Assembly (NCBI GenBank): GCA_002269645.1
Contig: NIVC01000838.1
Location: 186,001-250,000, forward strand
DNA length: 64,000 nt
Reading direction: 5' to 3'
DNA from: Macrostomum lignano
Taxonomy: Eukaryota
Position numbers and translations under genes: made by a program. Shown here in pieces: positions 41,796-64,000 of the stretch (positions within the stretch are counted from its first letter, which is position 1; each line of letters starts with the position of its first letter). Under the pieces are notes generated by a model, which was given only the letters and a program-made list of their open reading frames with translations, did no database searches and had not been told where the DNA came from.

Positions 41796-42603
41796 TGTCA
41801 CGTTATTTGATGTTGGCCGTGACCCTTAAAAGGGCCGTTTTAGTCCCAAAATAAGTTGAAGTCAACTTAGGCGAAGTGGATGGTGTAGTGGAGCACTTGG
41901 CAATAAGGGCAGGAAACTGCCGTAGTCGTTTTTATTATCAATATAAATAGTAAGTTTGGTTGTTACTGGCAAATAACAAACTATGGCTTTCTGGGCACTG
42001 GCGGCTGCAACAATGGTTTCTTTTTTGAAGATAAATTGGATGTGAGTTCAAGCGACAGACGAGTGATGTAATGGCGATGTAACGTGATGATCAATGGCAA
42101 TGAGTACAGTGAAGGCAGTGAGACGTAGTAGGCAGGCAGATGAGCAGTGGCGAGGTTGGCGTCAGCCGTAGCGTGAGTTAAGGAGGCTCGAGGCAGCCAG
42201 ACAGAGAGAAGGAAAACACACACAAGGCCAAGGACAGGCCGGGAGGAAGAGAGAAGCACAGATAAGGACGGGAGAGAGAGGAGAGTGGAGTGCCCGCCGC
42301 CAGGCGGGGGGGTTTAATAAAGGAGCGCAGAGGGGGGTAGCGCGAAGCACGAGTGGTTTTCATTGGCTGGCGAGAGAACTTAAAATTATCGATCGTGCCA
42401 ATTTTATACGGTCGCGAGAGAGGATAGCAAAATATACAGTGAATTAGAAATTGCCACAAAATCGTTGGGCACTACTACAAGTAAACGTCGCAATAAACAA
42501 ATGGAAAAGTTTAGTTGAAACGGTGAAACTGAAGGGTTGAAACTATAGAGAAACAGCAGTCCAACGGCCCTTTTCGGGACCACCTTAAACTGACAACGTC
42601 ACA
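41796..42603. mobile_element. 808-bp solo-LTR-like or TIR element with 4-bp TSD
   Basis: Starts TGTCACGTT, ends AACGTCACA, and is flanked by CAAG on both sides (41792-41795, 42604-42607). Inner inverted AAAAGGGCCGTT/AACGGCCCTTTT. Internal CCAAT and AATAAA motifs. Confidence 0.65.
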
Positions 42604-43129
42604 CAAGGTTTATTTAGAATTCGAAAATGTGTGGAGAAACTTTAAAACTATTATTAAATAATTAAAAAAGCAAGAAAGTTTTTTTCTCAACTGTACTAAA
42701 CATGCACCTTTTAGGACACACTTGTGTTGAATTCCTTGAGGGCACCTCTGACTTACTGGCTGGTGACAAAGGTCATGCCCTGTAATGTGGACTTTTCTAT
42801 CATCCACCAAGCAGCCAGAAGTCACTAGGAGCAAGGTTTGGCAAGTTGCTAGAGTGTGGCAATATCTCCAATCCTAGGTACATTGTCAAAAGACAGAACC
42901 TTTTGGAACCTTAAAACTTCACAAGCTCGAAACTCATCATCCTATTGTTATCATTATTTTTAATTTCTTATTAAAGTCCTGCTACTCACAAAAGTCTTGC
43001 TACTCACTTCCGCCAGCTCACAACTTAAATTACGAGTAATTCGATGATTTTAAATTTCCAGCTCTTGAAGTTTTATTCTAGTGAAATAAATGATCAACAG
43101 GCTCAATGGCATTGGGTCCCAGCTTTACC

Positions 43130-44650
43130 ATCTGGCCGCCTCAGGCTAGGCTCCCTACAGCTACAGCTGAATTTATTAGCGCTGCAGGTCTCTAAGCCAG
43201 ATCTTCATTCTGAGAACCTTGGAGTCGGGTGGAACCTCTTGTACACGTCGGCAGAAGACCGCGACCGACGTCGTTTTACTGATTGCACCGCGCCTTCGGC
43301 ATGCACTGCGTGTCGCTGGCTGTCCCCGCGTCTGTTAAGTGTCGACCTGTGCCTGCGTGCTCGGTTGTTCTGCGCGTTCTCGCCCAAAGCTGCTCACCCA
43401 GAGGAAGCACGAGTGTTTTTTGACCTCCTGGCTGAGCAGCTGGATAAAGTACCAAGCCGAGACACACTAGTGGTGCTCGGAGGCAGAAATGCAATTCCTC
43501 TCCATGAAGGTCTGAGCGCTCCTCATTTGTCACCGGACGCGAGAGCGCCAAGACGAATGCGCTGGGAGGACCAGCTGGCCCGGCTAGACCTGGTGTCCGC
43601 TAACACCCAGTTCCGCATGTCCCCCTCCCGCCTGGTCACCTTTGCGGGCTGCAAGAGGAGGCGGCGGACTGCACGCGGGTGGAACGCCACAAAGTGGCTA
43701 GTGCAACCCGATCACGCGCTGGTCCGGACTGGCGAGCGTCGTTTCGTCATTAACTGCGACACCATGACACCGCTGGCTTTCCGGTCAGACCACTGACTCC
43801 TGCTCTGCAACATGCAACTCAACTCAACTACCAGATCTACCTACGTTCTAAGAAGCGGCCACGACGCTACTACCGCGCTCTGTTGGACTCTTGCACGAAA
43901 CGACAGTTTGCCGATGCCTTCGCCGACGCGCATAGCGATCAGCGCGAGGCGGACTGCGTATACATCAGCGCCGCCGTGAGAATTACTGCTGAACAGATGG
44001 TCCCGCTGATAGGATCGGTGCAGCAACCGCTTGCCTGTCTGGCAGAGCGGATCCACCAGCCTAAGGAGAAACTGACGGCCCACGGGCGACGCTGAGGACG
44101 CTTTTTATGCACCTACTGGACGAGCGGCAGCAGGACTATGTCGACGACGCCGTCCGGTCCGTCATTTTAGCCGGGCTCGACCTCAAGACCTGAGCAGTGT
44201 GGACGGCTGTTCGCACCCTGACTGGACACAAAAAGCACGTGGCGGTGAACCTGGCCGGCGACTCTCCGAAGGAGCGCAGGATTGACCTTCGTGACTTAAT
44301 TCGCCAGCATCGCGAACGTGATGGCACCACCGCAGCCCACCAACTTCTCGCTCCCGCCGAACACACGCCGAACAGCTGAGAAGGATTTCTGTACCAGCCC
44401 GGTTCCTACAACAAACAGGCGCCAGGCAACAAAACGGATAGGGCCGGACGGAGTTCTGGTCGAACCTCTGCGGCTCTGCTGTGAGGCTTCCCAGGTGATT
44501 CATGCGTGATGAACCGCGTGCTTACTGGCGCCCCTGCACCCACCGATTAGAAAGCAGCGCACATTGTGCTGATCCCAAACAAAGCCAGAACAACGCGGAA
44601 AGGAGACCAACAGGGGATATCGCTGATGTCCCGCACCGCGAATCTATCTA
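43130..44650 (+). pseudogene. Decayed non-LTR retrotransposon (LINE, RTE-like) ORF2 fragment: AP endonuclease plus start of RT
   Basis: Degenerate APE motifs LLALQ, TLVVLGGRNA (cf. LGDFNA), LVSANTQF, QPDHALV (cf. IDHILV), SDH. RT-start motifs KRIGPDGVLVEPL (cf. KAPGPDG) and IVLIPNK...QGISLMS (cf. RGISL). Interrupted by stops and frameshifts. Confidence 0.8.
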
Positions 44651-44891
44651 GCTGGACTCGGCGCGTTCGGGGCTGCTCTGCACCGCCTTTCGAGCTGACG
44701 AGGGCGTTGGGACCAAAGCTCTGTACCAGAGGGCCCAGCTGCAACGCCCGTCTGGCATCCAGGCATCCTTGCACAGGTAGCGACTTCAACCTGCGGGTCA
44801 CGTGACCCGGGCCGAGAGCTACCACCCCCTGACTCTACAGGACGTCCTGCTATTCACCTTGTATATATATATAGAATATGTATAGAATAAC

Positions 44892-45265
44892 TAGATGGGC
44901 CATCCACATAGCACATTTGCGTGTAAACTACTTTCAGTTCAGTATCAGTAGCAAGTTAACCAGAAGCATTTTGATGTATTTTTAAAGTCAAGGCTCATTT
45001 ATTGGCTCTTAAGCCCCAGCTTAAACCCTCCAACCGCACCTTTTCACACTATTCCCCCGCCTCGCCCCAATTTTTATTGCCTTTCTCGGAATTCTCGGAA
45101 AGCTGCCATGTACATTTCATTTGGACTGGGTAATGTACATTATTGCTGAACCAATTAGCAATTTGTTTTCGTCTGCAAGCTTGGGCTTCTAAACTTCTTC
45201 ATTGCTACTGAACTGAAAGTAGAAAGCTGTTTTACTTAAGTATTTGTGCCTGAGTGGCCTATCCA
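44892..45265. mobile_element. MITE, copy 2 (same family as 14959-15373, opposite orientation)
   Basis: Termini TAGATGGGC.../GAGTGGCCTATCCA; subterminal CTACTTTCAGTTCAGTA (44927) / GCTACTGAACTGAAAGTAG (45204). Internal GGCTCATTTATTGGCTCTT is the reverse complement of the copy 1 AAGAGCCAATAAATAAGCC with one mismatch. Confidence 0.8.
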
Positions 45266-45592
45266 GTTATTTTAGTATCTGTCTGTGGACCTGGCGCGAA
45301 CCCGTCGATACATCGACTGCCTACTACGCGACTACGCGTCGATTCGTAGACTGACTCCGTCCGCTCGCTCACGCTGCGGCGCGTTATCTGACACACCTTG
45401 ACTGCATAACTTTTTTGGGTTGTTTCTTCTGTTGTTGTTGTCGTCGTTAGCCCTTTAAAATGACAAGAATAAATAAGTATCCTATTTTAAGCTAAGTTTC
45501 AATACTACTACCATTCGCTTATATTCTATTTCATCAGTAGTATATAACGCACACGCAGAATGACTTCGCCAGACAAGATTTGGTCGGCGCTG

Positions 45593-45673
45593 ATTGGCTG
45601 TTGTTAACTGTGAGGTTCGGGGTGGAGTGAGGGGCGGGGGCAGGCCCTCGTCTCCACCCGCTACTTCTATATA
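45593..45673 (+). promoter_or_regulatory. Putative core promoter of the ADAM gene
   Basis: ATTGG (CCAAT) at 45593, GC box GGGGCGGGG at 45631, TATATA at 45668, about 200 bp upstream of the ATG at 45878. Confidence 0.5.
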
Positions 45674-45877
45674 TTAGCCATGCATTTGGTTTCTAGACAC
45701 TAGACTAGACTTTTCTGTTTCAATTGTTGCTTTACATAGAAATACAAGCCGCACTTGACTTGCTGTGTTTTTTCGTATAAACACCGCAGCCTTTCGCTAC
45801 AAAATAGCTACTTAAAGAGCTAGTGACTTGCACTAACTGCAGAGTTGTCAGCCCAGCATCTGCAAAGTAAAACAAAT

Positions 45878-64000
<18,123 letters not shown>

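Overview
Eukaryotic (animal) genomic DNA, not prokaryotic. Genes have spliceosomal GT-AG introns, GC-rich exons, and introns filled with micro- and minisatellites. This style, plus a small heat-shock protein with two alpha-crystallin domains, is consistent with a free-living flatworm such as Macrostomum (inference only). In order, the window holds: tRNA-Ala(AGC) (-); an 11-exon Na+/H+ exchanger (-); an intronless double-domain sHSP (-) with TATA box and heat-shock elements; a 27-exon ANKRD26 ortholog (+, 13.7-37.7 kb) carrying a very young Mag-type Ty3/Gypsy element in intron 3; a secreted PAN/Apple + C-type lectin gene with one homopolymer frameshift (-); solo-LTR-like, MITE and decayed LINE relics; and the 5' part of an ADAM gene (+) that has lost the zinc-binding motif and runs off the window. 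Exon structures were derived by hand from splice sites and frame continuity. Most long ORFs in the supplied track are artefacts of tandem repeats or antisense shadows. No CRISPR array or prokaryotic system is supported.
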